A stretch of 64,000 nucleotides of DNA from the IMG/VR virus record IMGVR_UViG_3300046370_000202; one strand, written 5' to 3'. Every line of letters starts with the position of its first letter. The stretch's first letter is position 1. The position numbers and the translations under genes were made by a program. The notes beneath the pieces are model-generated. The model was not told the origin of the DNA. It worked only from the letters and a program-made list of their open reading frames with translations, and made no database searches. The DNA comes from a virus. This document shows, in pieces, positions 1 to 10,264 of this stretch.

Positions 1-1831
1 CAAACGCCGCCACAACTTCTTGAATTGTGTCTAGTGTTTCTGGAGATGTTCCAACGATTGCGTCTAGTTGTGATTGAATGCTTGATAAATCGCTACCAGT
101 TACAGTATTCAACTGTGATTGTAGATCAGAGACCGCAGCTGCACGTGTTTGTGCTTCTGATAGGTCAGCAGCAATACGTGCTGCTTGTTCTGCGTCTACT
201 GCAGCTTGTACTGTTGCATCGCCAGCAACACGAGCGGCCGCTTCTGCAGTTACTGCGTCTTCACGAGCAGTCTTTTCTGTTTCTATTGCCGCAGCGTTTG
301 CTTGTTCTGCAGATGTTGCACGAGCAATTTCTGCATCAATTGCAGCACCACGTGCCGTTGCTTCCGCAGCGACTGCATCAGCGATATCCTGAGATACTGC
401 CTCACGTGCGCGTACGACTGTGAAGAATAACTTATTGTCACCTTCAGCAATAGCGTCTGTGCTTGTTACTGCGATTGGAGTTGCTGTAACGCCGTCGTAT
501 ACTTCCCAACGATCGTCTAGTTCGTTCCAACGTAGTTGAACTGCAGGTTCGTCACCACGCATGATACGAATACCTGCGTTAAGTACCGGAGCACCTGTAG
601 AAACATTGCTGTTTAGATCGATGATGTTGTCAGCTACTTTTAAGGTCTGGCTGTCTAGAGTTGTTGTAGTACCCTCGACGGTCAAATTGCCTTCGATGGT
701 TACATTATCTTCAAAGACTTTATCGCCAGTGATTGTACCGTCTGCATTTAAACTGTCAACATATTCTTTTGTTGCAGCGTCTGAAGCATCTACTGGAACA
801 CCGACATTTGTAACTTTGTGTGTTCCCATATCAACAGCACCACCAAACTTAGTTGGTTCGCCGCCGACTGTAGAAATTGTTTCTCCAACGGACATTACTA
901 GATCTGACTTCAACTGGACACTTTCGTCGCCAGCGTTTAGATCAATGTTACCACCACCTGTTGCGCCGAACGACAGGTTCTGACCTGCGTCTGCGTACAT
1001 AGTGATTGTACCGCTGTTGTCTTCTAGAATCTTAGTACCGTTAATGTACAGAGAGCCTGGACCGATGTATAGATCTTTCCATACGCGATCTGGAGAACCT
1101 AGTGTGTACTCGTTATCCAATGATGGAATTAGGTTTCCTGCCCAACCGTCACTGTCGTTATACGTGAACTGTGATGCTTGCAAACTTGCAACGTCTGCTT
1201 GACGTGCAACTGCTTCAGCAGTAATTGCGGCCGCGTTTAGATCGTCTGCCGTTATCGCACGTGCGATCTCAGCATTCAAACTATTTTGCAGTGCGTTATC
1301 GCCGGCAATACGGCGAGTTGTTTCAACTGCAAGATCATTCGCAACAGAAGTTATCTGTGTTGAATTGGCTGTTAGTTGAGATGAGTTTGCAGCTAGAAGT
1401 GATTGAATGTCACTATCTGCACCTTCAAAAGCGGAAACGATCTCGACAAGAGTATCAAGTGTTTCTGGTGAAGCGCCTAAGATGGAGTCAATTTGAGTTT
1501 GTAGTGAATCTACTGCTGCTTGAGTGTCGGAGTTAACTCCTAGTGAGTCAATCTGAGTTTGTAGGGATGCAATATCTGAAATACGTGTTGCTGTTTCAGA
1601 TGCGATTGCAACTGTGTTACTGTTTACATCTATGAAAATTTGTGAATCTGAGTCGACGATAGAACTGCCTGAACCAGTGAGTGCACCTTCATCTACTAGA
1701 GATGAGACTGCGTCTGCGATGGCCCCTGCAACTATAGTACCATCAGCTCGGATTATAACGACATCATTGACGGTTAATTCACCTTTTACGTCAACGCCGT
1801 TCTGAATCCTAAACTTTTTGTTAGTATTCAT
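1..1831 (-). CDS. Coiled-coil tail-fibre-like virion protein, 5' part (runs off the left edge; absent from ORF track)
   Basis: Manual translation from ATG at 1831: MNTNKKFRIQNGVDVKGELTVN...ILGASPETLDTLVEIVSAFEGADSD... and near the edge IVGTSPETLDTIQEVVAAF; same motif as 1914-6539. Confidence 0.8.
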   Translation of the reverse strand, partial: MNTNKKFRIQNGVDVKGELTVNDVVIIRADGTIVAGAIADAVSSLVDEGALTGSGSSIVDSDSQIFIDVNSNTVAIASETATRISDIASLQTQIDSLGVNSDTQAAVDSLQTQIDSILGASPETLDTLVEIVSAFEGADSDIQSLLAANSSQLTANSTQITSVANDLAVETTRRIAGDNALQNSLNAEIARAITADDLNAAAITAEAVARQADVASLQASQFTYNDSDGWAGNLIPSLDNEYTLGSPDRVWKDLYIGPGSLYINGTKILEDNSGTITMYADAGQNLSFGATGGGNIDLNAGDESVQLKSDLVMSVGETISTVGGEPTKFGGAVDMGTHKVTNVGVPVDASDAATKEYVDSLNADGTITGDKVFEDNVTIEGNLTVEGTTTTLDSQTLKVADNIIDLNSNVSTGAPVLNAGIRIMRGDEPAVQLRWNELDDRWEVYDGVTATPIAVTSTDAIAEGDNKLFFTVVRAREAVSQDIADAVAAEATARGAAIDAEIARATSAEQANAAAIETEKTAREDAVTAEAAARVAGDATVQAAVDAEQAARIAADLSEAQTRAAAVSDLQSQLNTVTGSDLSSIQSQLDAIVGTSPETLDTIQEVVAAF

Positions 1832-1862
1832 TGCTTATACCTTTTTTGGCTATGTGGGAAAT

Positions 1863-1885
1863 GGGGGTGGACTGATTCCACCCCC
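1863..1885 (-). terminator. Intergenic GC-rich hairpin (possible terminator or RNA stabiliser)
   Basis: GGGGGTGGA-ctgat-TCCACCCCC perfect 9-bp inverted repeat between two fibre genes; weak U-tract. Confidence 0.5.
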
Positions 1886-1913
1886 GAAGTTATGATTTAG
1901 AAATTATAATATA

Positions 1914-4900
1914 TTATACGTCAACGTGAGTGGCAGTGACCTTAACGGTTGCACCAGCACTTACAGCTGTGTATGTTAGTTCTACTGAACCATTTGTCAT
2001 TTGAACGTCGGTATCACCTAGCAGACCTGCGCCTGTATAAACGATTCCGTACTCTGTTATATATGCATTGGTTCCGTCGTGGATTACCATGCACTCACGT
2101 ACTTCGTGTTGACCGCCTAGATCTACAGTTACGATGAACTTAGCAGAACGATGGACAGTTGAATCAAACGAAGATACGACAACAGCAGATGTACCTACAG
2201 CAACATCTTCACCCTGAATGAATGCCTTGATTTCGTCAGCTAGTGTTTCAGCACCAACAGACTTAGGATCTAGGACACCAACCGAGTTAGTAGACTGAGC
2301 GATAACAACCGCCTGTGTACCGACTGGGATAGCAGAAGTGAATGTGATTGTCTGATTAGGACCATCAATTGTGTAGTGAGTTGTTGGATCCTGAATAACA
2401 CCACCAACAAACACGAACGAGTTCTGGTTAGTAGTTGCGAAATCTAGTGCAAATACTGTTTGTGAACCGTCACCGCTTAGTGTCTGACGTTGTGCGTCAT
2501 TGAACTGAAGTTGAGTTGGATCAACAAGCTCGATACCAGTACCGTCTGTACGTACGCGAGCAACATATCCTGCCTTTGCAGTACCTAGAGATGAATCAGT
2601 AACGTCTTCCAACTCAACGAATGCCTTACCAGTTGATACTGATAGAACACCTGTTGAACTGTTGTAAGATACGTCGCCTTCACCATCTACGTCTGTGACA
2701 GAGATTGAAGCACGAGCACGTGCTGGAGTAAAGTATTCGTTATCGCCTTCACTTAGATCAGTAGTTGAGAATACAGAGATATGCTGTGCAGCAAGTCCTG
2801 CATCCATCTGACCTTTGTTGACTGCGTCTGTTGCGTCAGTACCGTTTGCAACCGCAACAACCTTGTTTGAACCCATGTTCAAAACACCAGTCATTGTGTC
2901 GCCAGACTTTGATACCTTAGTATCTACTGCAGCTTGTAGAATTACGTCAGCAGCAGCAAACTCTGCACGGATCGCAGCGTCTTCTGAAACACGTGTTGAA
3001 GTTTCAGTAGCAATTGCAGTCGCGTTAGCAGCGATGTCTGTTTGGTTCTGTGATACTAGACCTGTTAGAGTACCGTCTGCAGCTTGGAAAGCAGCAACGA
3101 TTTCTGTTAGTGAGTCTAGTGCAGCAGAGTCAGTGTTTGACTTAATGAAGTCAACTTGTGACTGTAGAGATGTTTCAACACCCTGTGCACGAGTTGATTC
3201 AGCAGCGATTGCTGCAGCGTTAGTTGCGATGTCGCCTGCGTTTGCAACTTCAGCAGCCGTTGCACGGGCAACTTCTGCCGCTAGAGATGCAGTTAGATCT
3301 GAATCGCCAGCAATACGTGCAGCTTCTTCTGCATCAATCTGTGCCTGAAGTGAAGACTCTTTTGATAAACGACCAGTATCTACTGCTTTGATCGCTGCGT
3401 CCAACTTCTGGTCTGCATCTGCAAGAGATGTAGATAGATTGATGTAGTTAGTGCCGGATGGAGTTGCATAAGTGCCGTCAGCATTAACGCCAGCAGCTGT
3501 TTGTGTTGCAGTCATTTCACCTTCAACGACTGTTAGACGTGAGTCTAGAGCGTTGTCAGCAACTTGACGTGCGTTTGTTTCTGTAGTGATCTTACCGTCT
3601 AGGACGTTATCCGCATTCTCACGTAGAGTAGCTTCGTTTGCAACGATGCCGTCTGCGTAAGTCTTAGCATTTGCTTCTGCAGTGTCAGCCTTAGTAGTAG
3701 CGTCTGTTGCCGCTTCTGACTTGACTACAGCGTCTGCCGCGATGTATGCGTTAGTTACTACCACATCTGCCGCAGCGAACTCAGAACGGATTGCAGAGTC
3801 TTCTAGGACACGTGTTGCAATTTCAGAAACAAGAGCATCTGAATCTGCGTCTGCGCGAGCAACAGCAGCTGCAAGACCTGCAGTGTTAACGTCTGTCTCG
3901 CCGTGTACTTCGTTGATTGCACCAGTTAGAGTCTGTGCAGTTGTGTCTAGAGTTTCTTCTGCAGAACCGATCTTCGCTTCTAGAGCGTCGATGTCTGCTT
4001 CGTTAACTGTTAGACGACCTGCTTGTAGACCCTGTTCTGTTTCTAGAGCAGTCGCACGACCTTCTAGTGAAGTAGAACGAGATTCTAGATCAGTTGCACG
4101 TAGTTCAAGAGCATCGATGTCTGCTTCGTTGACTGTTAGACGACCAGAGTTTGCAGAAATAACATTCTGTAGGTCTGAGTCTGCGTCTTCAAATGCAGCT
4201 ACGATTTCTTGTAGTGTGTCTAGAGTTTCTGGTGAAGTACCAACAATCGCATCAACACGACCAGTTACTGCGTCAACGTCAGTACGTAGACCACCTTCAA
4301 CGCCAGTAGCGCGAGTAGTTTCGTCTGCGATTGCAGTAGCGTTGGCTTGTTCTGCAGCCTGTGCACGTGTAACTTCAATTGTTAGATCAGCTGCGTTCTG
4401 TGCGATTGCAGCAGTGTTTGTGTTAACGTCTGAACGTAGACCACCTTCAATACCAGTAGCACGAGCAACTTCTGCTGCAAGTGATGCTGTTAGATCGGAG
4501 TCTGCGCTAGCACGTGTAACGGCTTCTGCATCAATGTTGTTCTGCAATGCAGTGTCTGCGTTTGCACGAGCAACTGCTTCTGCGTCGATGTTAGACTGTA
4601 GAGTCGCATCACCAGCAGCACGAGCAACTTCTTCTGCACGTAGATCAGTTTCGTTTTGATCAGCAAGTGCTTCTACTGCATCCATCTCACCTTCTAGCGC
4701 AGTAGTGCGTAGAGAAAGTGCGTCGTCTGCAGCTGAACGAGTTGCAGCTTCTGCAGTAACTTGTGCAGTAGTGAAGTCGTTTGCTTCTTGCTTAGCAGTT
4801 AGGATACGTGCAGTAACAGTGTTACCGACAGTTCCGTCTACTGTTGCGTCACCGATTAGGGCAGCGTCTTGTGCATCAGCGTGTGCAATTGCAGCCGCTT

Positions 4901-6539
4901 GATGTAGATCTGCTTCTTGATCAGTGTATGCTTTTGCAGCGAATAGTACGTCTGAGTCGCGATCGATGTAATCTAGAGTGATGTTATCAATCTGTGTCTG
5001 TAGACCAGCATCTGCAGTACCACGAGTCGCCGCTTCTGCGTCAATCGCGTTCTGTAGTGCAGTGTCTGCAGAAGCACGTACAGACGCTTCCGTTGAAATA
5101 GCAGTAGTGTTAGATGATACTAGTGCAGAGATGTCTGAGTCCGCATCTACAAATGCAGAGACGATCTCTTCTAGTGTATCTAGAGTTTCTGGTGAAGCAC
5201 CAAGGATTGTTGTAACTTGTGATTGAACAGCGTCAACGTCAGTACGTAGACCAGATTCAACACCAGTTGCACGAACAACTTCTGCCGCTAGGTCAGATGT
5301 TAGTACGCCTTCCGCAGCAGTCGCACGAGCGATTTCAGCGTCAAGACCTGCTTGTAGGTCAGAGTCGCCTGCAATACGTGCAGCTTCTTCTGCAGCAACA
5401 CCTGAATCAGCGTGTGACTTAGATGCAGCTTCTGCAGATGCGATACGGTCAGTTACAGTGTTTCCTGTAGTACCATCTACAGTCGCATCGCCGATCAATA
5501 GATCATCGTGTGCTTTTGCAGATACTAGAGTTGCAGCGTCACCAGAGTTGATCAATGCAGTCATGTCAGTGCGGACTTGTGTGTCAGCAGTTGCACGTGC
5601 AGAGATTTCGTCTTGGATAGATTGTGCGTTTGCAGCTTCTGCCGCTGTTGCACGAGTTTCTTCGTCTGCGATATCCTGAGCGTTAACCGCTTCAGCCGCA
5701 GTTGCACGAACGATCTCAGCAGCAAGGTCAGATTGTAGAGTGTCTACATTACCTTCTTCTGTGGTTAGTCGAACGTTTAGTGCGTTGTCAGCAGCGATAC
5801 GAGCAGCTTCTTCTGCAGTAAGTGCAGTCTGAAGTGCAGTGTCGCCAGCAGTACGTGCAGATACTTCTGCAGTGATCTGACCTTGTAGATCAGCTTCTGC
5901 AGTTGTTGCACGTGTAACCTCGTTAGAGATTGCAGTTGAGTTTGCAATAGTAGATGCAGTCAATACGCTATCTGCGTTTTGGAATGCAACGACGATTTCT
6001 GCAAGTGAGTCAAGTGCAGCTGGGTCAGTATTGCTAACAATGTTGTCAATACGAGTGGTTAGAGCTGAATCTGCAGTTTGGTATGCAAGTTCAATTGCAT
6101 CTTCACGTGCTACTGCACGAGTAACTTCTGCAGCAAGATCAGCAGTGAGTGTTGCGTCAGCAGCGATACGAGCAGCTTCTTCCGCGTCAATGTTTTGTTG
6201 TAGTAGAGTTTCAGCCGCTGATGCGCGTGAAGATTCAGTTGCTACCGCGTCTGCGATATCTTGTGCGACTGCTTCTTTAGCACGTGCGTCAGTGAAGTAC
6301 TTAGATGAATTTTCGGTAGTGCCTTCAGAGATGTCGTCCGTAGAGAACGATGCGATGAAGTCATCTGCGCCAATTTTCTTAAGTGAGTCTGAACCTACAT
6401 CGTACAATAGGGTAAAACAATCTGCAGGGTTAACCATTCCCTGTAGTTCGGCTTGCCCCTGTACCGCGCTCTCATCAAGTTTTGTATTGATGACGGCCTT
6501 GTCGGCCAGAGCAGGTGATTTAATTTGCCTAAATGCCAT
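1914..6539 (-). CDS. 1541-aa Ala-rich coiled-coil fibre/virion structural protein
   Basis: Recurrent AE..RA.AAE heptad-like repeats, four LD(T/S)L.EIV.AF..AD motifs, K.GDTMTG.LNMG..K and DAVNKGQ fibre motifs, C-terminal beta domains. Confidence 0.8.
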   Translation of the reverse strand: MAFRQIKSPALADKAVINTKLDESAVQGQAELQGMVNPADCFTLLYDVGSDSLKKIGADDFIASFSTDDISEGTTENSSKYFTDARAKEAVAQDIADAVATESSRASAAETLLQQNIDAEEAARIAADATLTADLAAEVTRAVAREDAIELAYQTADSALTTRIDNIVSNTDPAALDSLAEIVVAFQNADSVLTASTIANSTAISNEVTRATTAEADLQGQITAEVSARTAGDTALQTALTAEEAARIAADNALNVRLTTEEGNVDTLQSDLAAEIVRATAAEAVNAQDIADEETRATAAEAANAQSIQDEISARATADTQVRTDMTALINSGDAATLVSAKAHDDLLIGDATVDGTTGNTVTDRIASAEAASKSHADSGVAAEEAARIAGDSDLQAGLDAEIARATAAEGVLTSDLAAEVVRATGVESGLRTDVDAVQSQVTTILGASPETLDTLEEIVSAFVDADSDISALVSSNTTAISTEASVRASADTALQNAIDAEAATRGTADAGLQTQIDNITLDYIDRDSDVLFAAKAYTDQEADLHQAAAIAHADAQDAALIGDATVDGTVGNTVTARILTAKQEANDFTTAQVTAEAATRSAADDALSLRTTALEGEMDAVEALADQNETDLRAEEVARAAGDATLQSNIDAEAVARANADTALQNNIDAEAVTRASADSDLTASLAAEVARATGIEGGLRSDVNTNTAAIAQNAADLTIEVTRAQAAEQANATAIADETTRATGVEGGLRTDVDAVTGRVDAIVGTSPETLDTLQEIVAAFEDADSDLQNVISANSGRLTVNEADIDALELRATDLESRSTSLEGRATALETEQGLQAGRLTVNEADIDALEAKIGSAEETLDTTAQTLTGAINEVHGETDVNTAGLAAAVARADADSDALVSEIATRVLEDSAIRSEFAAADVVVTNAYIAADAVVKSEAATDATTKADTAEANAKTYADGIVANEATLRENADNVLDGKITTETNARQVADNALDSRLTVVEGEMTATQTAAGVNADGTYATPSGTNYINLSTSLADADQKLDAAIKAVDTGRLSKESSLQAQIDAEEAARIAGDSDLTASLAAEVARATAAEVANAGDIATNAAAIAAESTRAQGVETSLQSQVDFIKSNTDSAALDSLTEIVAAFQAADGTLTGLVSQNQTDIAANATAIATETSTRVSEDAAIRAEFAAADVILQAAVDTKVSKSGDTMTGVLNMGSNKVVAVANGTDATDAVNKGQMDAGLAAQHISVFSTTDLSEGDNEYFTPARARASISVTDVDGEGDVSYNSSTGVLSVSTGKAFVELEDVTDSSLGTAKAGYVARVRTDGTGIELVDPTQLQFNDAQRQTLSGDGSQTVFALDFATTNQNSFVFVGGVIQDPTTHYTIDGPNQTITFTSAIPVGTQAVVIAQSTNSVGVLDPKSVGAETLADEIKAFIQGEDVAVGTSAVVVSSFDSTVHRSAKFIVTVDLGGQHEVRECMVIHDGTNAYITEYGIVYTGAGLLGDTDVQMTNGSVELTYTAVSAGATVKVTATHVDV

Positions 6540-6589
6540 TAGGTAATCTCCTAGGTTAGTGGTTTTGGAATTAAACGTTTAATAATATA

Positions 6590-6949
6590 CTAACGAAATT
6601 TAATGTAGATGTCCGTCCCTACTGGGGGGATCTCAAAAAACTGAATAGTATTCTCAATTGTTTCATAGATTTCTTCAGGATGCTGAAGAACATCGTTAAC
6701 CCAGACATCAATTAGATCATCACGAGATGGGATACCATTCAAAGTAAATACTGCAGTGTCGCCTGGAGCAATGATAGACTGTGCTTCAGGAATGACAGTG
6801 CGTTCATTGGTTGATGAAGAGGTACCTTCGATATAATCGAATAATGCGGTTTCTTGGCCGGGTGTCGCAGAAACTTCTTCTTGTTTTTGTTTAGCTAAGT
6901 TGAAAAGACTTTCGGCAAGTACCCTGTTGAAGGATTTATTATTGATCAT
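6590..6949 (-). CDS. Small virion protein with C-terminal beta-sandwich module
   Basis: VWVNDVLQHP..Y....IQFFEIPPVG resembles modules in the 1541-aa and 293-aa neighbours; late promoter upstream. Confidence 0.65.
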   Translation of the reverse strand: MINNKSFNRVLAESLFNLAKQKQEEVSATPGQETALFDYIEGTSSSTNERTVIPEAQSIIAPGDTAVFTLNGIPSRDDLIDVWVNDVLQHPEEIYETIENTIQFFEIPPVGTDIYIKFR

Positions 6950-6986
6950 ATCTTTGGAATACTACGTCTGATTAATATACTGTCTT

Positions 6987-6994
6987 TATTTATA
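6987..6994 (-). promoter_or_regulatory. T4-type late promoter TATAAATA
   Basis: Exact consensus, intergenic, upstream of 6949 start. Confidence 0.75.
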
Positions 6995-7026
6995 TTAAAA
7001 ACGAGTTCAAAGCGTATTTTTATTTT

Positions 7027-7908
7027 TTATGACTGCCTGAACTGTAGTAATTCTTGTAATAACTCTGTGACATCTTGTAGATCACTGTCCAGATTATTAA
7101 TTCTGGCGTGTAATACGTCTACTTCAGTTTGTGTAGTGACACTCTGGCCATTCAATGTATAGTTACCAAGAAGTTGAACTCCAGTATCGTCCAGAACAAG
7201 TCTATCATCATTTTGGTGTTGTATCTTGAACTGACTATCGTTAAACCCTAAGTGTTTAATAATAGTGTCAGTACCATTATGATAAAAACGAGTTTCTTCG
7301 TTGGTGCCTACAATAAAGGCAAAGTGGTCATCTATGATGAGGTCGTTTCCAAAAGAAACGCCAGTAGAATTGTAGGCTGCTACCTGAACTACCTGTTCAT
7401 CGCCTACAATGTGTGTAAGGGAGATCGTGTCTCCGTCATTCGCAACGTAGTCTATTCCTTGATGGAGTAAGACACCGTTCAAATATACTTGAATTCTTGA
7501 TGGACTGTTTGGGTCTGGGTCATACTGTAGTACGTTCCCAGCGTCATCTGCACCCGTTATAACTTCTAATGTTCCGTCAGAGGTATAAATGTATGCGTTG
7601 AATGTAGTTGTCGCAGAGAGACTATCGTCCCCTACAGCGCCAATCTCTACAATCGTTTGAACTCCACCATCATACTCTCGTTTGATGTAGAGCTTTCCGT
7701 CTTGAGTATTTATACCGATCTCGCCCAGTTTTAACTCTTCAATACTGGGAATATCACCAAGACCGTCAAACGTCTTGATGTTCGCACCGATGTTCTGTAC
7801 GACATTACTGATAGGTCGGCCGACCGTGACTCTCTTAACCTTGGTTCCAGAACCAAACCCACTGATAGACGATACGCCTGTGACTCCACCGATTCTACGT
7901 ATAGGCAT
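7027..7908 (-). CDS. Tail-fibre-associated protein (Mtd/hyaluronidase N-terminal-like motif)
   Basis: PSIEELKLGEIGINTQDGKLYIK motif; VYLNGVLL..GIDY beta module; C-terminal coiled coil. Confidence 0.6.
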   Translation of the reverse strand: MPIRRIGGVTGVSSISGFGSGTKVKRVTVGRPISNVVQNIGANIKTFDGLGDIPSIEELKLGEIGINTQDGKLYIKREYDGGVQTIVEIGAVGDDSLSATTTFNAYIYTSDGTLEVITGADDAGNVLQYDPDPNSPSRIQVYLNGVLLHQGIDYVANDGDTISLTHIVGDEQVVQVAAYNSTGVSFGNDLIIDDHFAFIVGTNEETRFYHNGTDTIIKHLGFNDSQFKIQHQNDDRLVLDDTGVQLLGNYTLNGQSVTTQTEVDVLHARINNLDSDLQDVTELLQELLQFRQS

Positions 7909-7912
7909 GTCG

Positions 7913-8263
7913 TTACCTCGTTACAGAAGGGTTGACTTTTATCTTACCTTCTAGTATTCTTTCTATGATAGTATGTCCGTCTTCATCAACGAAACTGATC
8001 TCAACATCATAGACGTATCTACCACGAGTGGATAGGGCATCGGTTTGCAAGTTAGTTAAGGATATTGTAACGATGCCCTCTAAAGGAGGAGTGGGTATTA
8101 CAGCCGTGAAGTCAATTGACTCTGTACTTCTGTAAGTTTTTTTCAGTTTGGCGGCCGCTGAATAACCAGTAAGATCTTTCTTAGATCCGTCCGGATTCAC
8201 TAACTCTATCTGTAGAGCTAGGTCCGCACCTTGATCAATTGTAAAATCTTCGTAAGTCGCCAT
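7913..8263 (-). CDS. Conserved small virion protein (BppU-N-like beta domain) of T4-like phages
   Basis: IDQGAD...DLTGY.A.A..K..Y...G...ISLT..QT..L..GRYVYDVEI...RILEG.I.V.P.VTR pattern. Confidence 0.7.
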   Translation of the reverse strand: MATYEDFTIDQGADLALQIELVNPDGSKKDLTGYSAAAKLKKTYRSTESIDFTAVIPTPPLEGIVTISLTNLQTDALSTRGRYVYDVEISFVDEDGHTIIERILEGKIKVNPSVTR

Positions 8264-8299
8264 TATGGTTAAACCCTAAGTGTTATAAACTTCTGTTTC

Positions 8300-8307
8300 T
8301 ATTTATA
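8300..8307 (-). promoter_or_regulatory. T4-type late promoter TATAAATA
   Basis: Exact consensus upstream of 8263 start. Confidence 0.75.
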
Positions 8308-8311
8308 ACAC

Positions 8312-9016
8312 TTAAACTGCAGAAATGTCGTCAAGAACCATCTCACGAAATTCTTCAGAAGTCTCTGACCAGTCAAATACATAAGAAACGGTAACACGCC
8401 AGTCATCTGTAGATGCGGCATGATACATTAACTTTTCTGGTTCGTCATAGTGTCCGAAGTATGCAGCCTTACAAGTCCATACTCCTGGCGCGTCTTGACA
8501 ACGAACAACTTCTTTCGTTTCTGGATGAATGTAGTCAAAGTAACCAGAACCATCTTCTGAGTAAGAGAAGATAAGATTAAAACCTGGCGCATTTGCATTG
8601 TTATGCCATGAGATATACCCGCCCGGTGGATAGACTGCTGCAAGTGCATTGTGTTTAACAGACAAGAAGTTCATCATCTTGTCGTTTAGATCACGTAGGT
8701 GATGAGTCATGTCACGTTTAAAGATTGGGTCTGCATCTTTTTCAAACATCTTATGTGCGCGGTCAGATAGTTTGAAGTTATATCCAACCATCTCTTCGGG
8801 AAATCCATCATGTCCCTTGCCCATTGCAACGATGTCATTCATGTATCCTTCACCAACGTAGTATGAACGTTGACGAATATGTTCTGCTGCAGTCAAGTGA
8901 CAGTTCTTTTCAAAACCCTGCATAGTATGCAATTTGGCATACTGGTCTAAAACCTCTAGCAACTCTGGGTTATTTACCTCTACGTGCTTTAGATATTGGT
9001 CGTTTACCTGTGTCAT
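8312..9016 (-). CDS. Putative 2OG-Fe(II)/cupin-fold oxygenase (hydroxylase)
   Basis: YPPGGYISWHNN ... YHAA ... WRVTVSY: DSBH-type H-x-(N)...H...R pattern, with Asn in place of the usual Asp. Confidence 0.55.
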   Translation of the reverse strand: MTQVNDQYLKHVEVNNPELLEVLDQYAKLHTMQGFEKNCHLTAAEHIRQRSYYVGEGYMNDIVAMGKGHDGFPEEMVGYNFKLSDRAHKMFEKDADPIFKRDMTHHLRDLNDKMMNFLSVKHNALAAVYPPGGYISWHNNANAPGFNLIFSYSEDGSGYFDYIHPETKEVVRCQDAPGVWTCKAAYFGHYDEPEKLMYHAASTDDWRVTVSYVFDWSETSEEFREMVLDDISAV

Positions 9017-9741
9017 ACGATTGGAGTATCCTTGTTCAACCCAGCCGAGAAGTGTCTTAAAATTACGGGTCCCGTCTCAGGTCGTGTTCTTGCCCAATTG
9101 AGGGCATTGTAATAATTCCACCTCAAGTCATCATCAAAGATACCAACCTTGAGGTCCTTATACTTTTCTTCCTTCTCAGTTAACCACCAGAGCGAGAACT
9201 GATCCCAAGACTTGAGACTGTCTGCATACCCTTCCGGCCACCAAGAGTCGTTCATCTGTCTGAATGTCAAGTCCCACCAATCGTCCATGAATTCACGTAC
9301 AATCGGTTTACTCATATCATACAAACAAACGCCACCGCATAATGTAAACTTCGCCATACCCTCTGGTGTAGAGAAGTCGCGTTCTGCGTAGATGTAATCT
9401 CTATCATCTGTTAACGCAGAAAACACCACATCGTGGTCTTTCATCTCATCCCAAACTTTTACAATGTCTTCGTGCTCACATTCCATATCAGCATCAATGT
9501 ACATTGTCAAGTCATACGGAGACTTTGCCATCCCCCACAACTTCGCACGGTAGTGATCATCACAAAAGATGATATCATCCGCGACTTCGCGACCACGATC
9601 ATCAATAAACCGTTCTTCGGTCACTAAACAAATCTTGCAATCCTCATAGTAATCTCTAATGGATTCGGCAAGATTCAATGCGTACAAATAAAAGTTGCGT
9701 TTCTTAGACGCAACTAATAAAAATCCTTTACTCTTCTCCAC
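9013..9741 (-). CDS. GT-A fold glycosyltransferase (GT8-like)
   Basis: K.WGMAKSPYDLTMYIDAD (DxD), GGV, WDQFSL, RWNYY and late RH motifs. Confidence 0.75.
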   Translation of the reverse strand: MEKSKGFLLVASKKRNFYLYALNLAESIRDYYEDCKICLVTEERFIDDRGREVADDIIFCDDHYRAKLWGMAKSPYDLTMYIDADMECEHEDIVKVWDEMKDHDVVFSALTDDRDYIYAERDFSTPEGMAKFTLCGGVCLYDMSKPIVREFMDDWWDLTFRQMNDSWWPEGYADSLKSWDQFSLWWLTEKEEKYKDLKVGIFDDDLRWNYYNALNWARTRPETGPVILRHFSAGLNKDTPIV

Positions 9742-10189
9742 TGTCTTCGGCCTCTAGTTGTTCTTGCAGAATCATAATTGAGTACATATCTACTTCAATC
9801 TTTGACTTCGCCCGACGCAGTTTTGCCTTTAACTTGCGGTTCTTAGAGTTTTTAATCTCCTCAACCTCAAACGCTTCTAGTTTGTAGTTGAACAGTTTTT
9901 CAAGCTTACGTGCCTTTTGATGTTCTTCTTCACGTATCTTTTCTTCTTCAGCTTCTGCCTTCTTGCGAACAACACGATCAGATGTTTCCTTATCAATCGC
10001 ATCTTCACCTAGGGCATCAACAACTTCATTAAACAGTTCGTTCTCACTACCATCCTTATCATGACGATGTAAAAACATTTGTTGGCGCGTCACTCTACCA
10101 ACGTCATCTTCAAGTTCTAGAATACAGTTTATTTCTTTCTTTTCGTCTGTTTCCCAGAACGCATTATCCATCCAACGCTTATAACTCAT
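9728..10189 (-). CDS. Hypothetical charged helical protein, first gene of the GT/oxygenase operon
   Basis: 153-aa ORF with GGAG RBS; overlaps the GT start. Confidence 0.75.
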   Translation of the reverse strand: MSYKRWMDNAFWETDEKKEINCILELEDDVGRVTRQQMFLHRHDKDGSENELFNEVVDALGEDAIDKETSDRVVRKKAEAEEEKIREEEHQKARKLEKLFNYKLEAFEVEEIKNSKNRKLKAKLRRAKSKIEVDMYSIMILQEQLEAEDSGEE

Positions 10190-10237
10190 TAAGTATCTCC
10201 AAAGAGTTCAATTCAATTCAAATGTATATAGTGTAGA

Positions 10238-10264
10238 AATAAAACGGGTCAAGTGAATGACCCG
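10238..10264 (-). terminator. Intrinsic terminator after the 1800-aa gene
   Basis: CGGGTCA-loop-TGACCCG followed by TTTTATTT on the minus strand. Confidence 0.65.

Noticed and set aside
25-6546. Long + strand ORFs (e.g. 3682-4659, 2815-3348, 6031-6546) and similar ones across the window
   Set aside because: Antisense shadows of Ala/Ser/Thr-rich minus-strand genes; no RBS or recognisable motifs.
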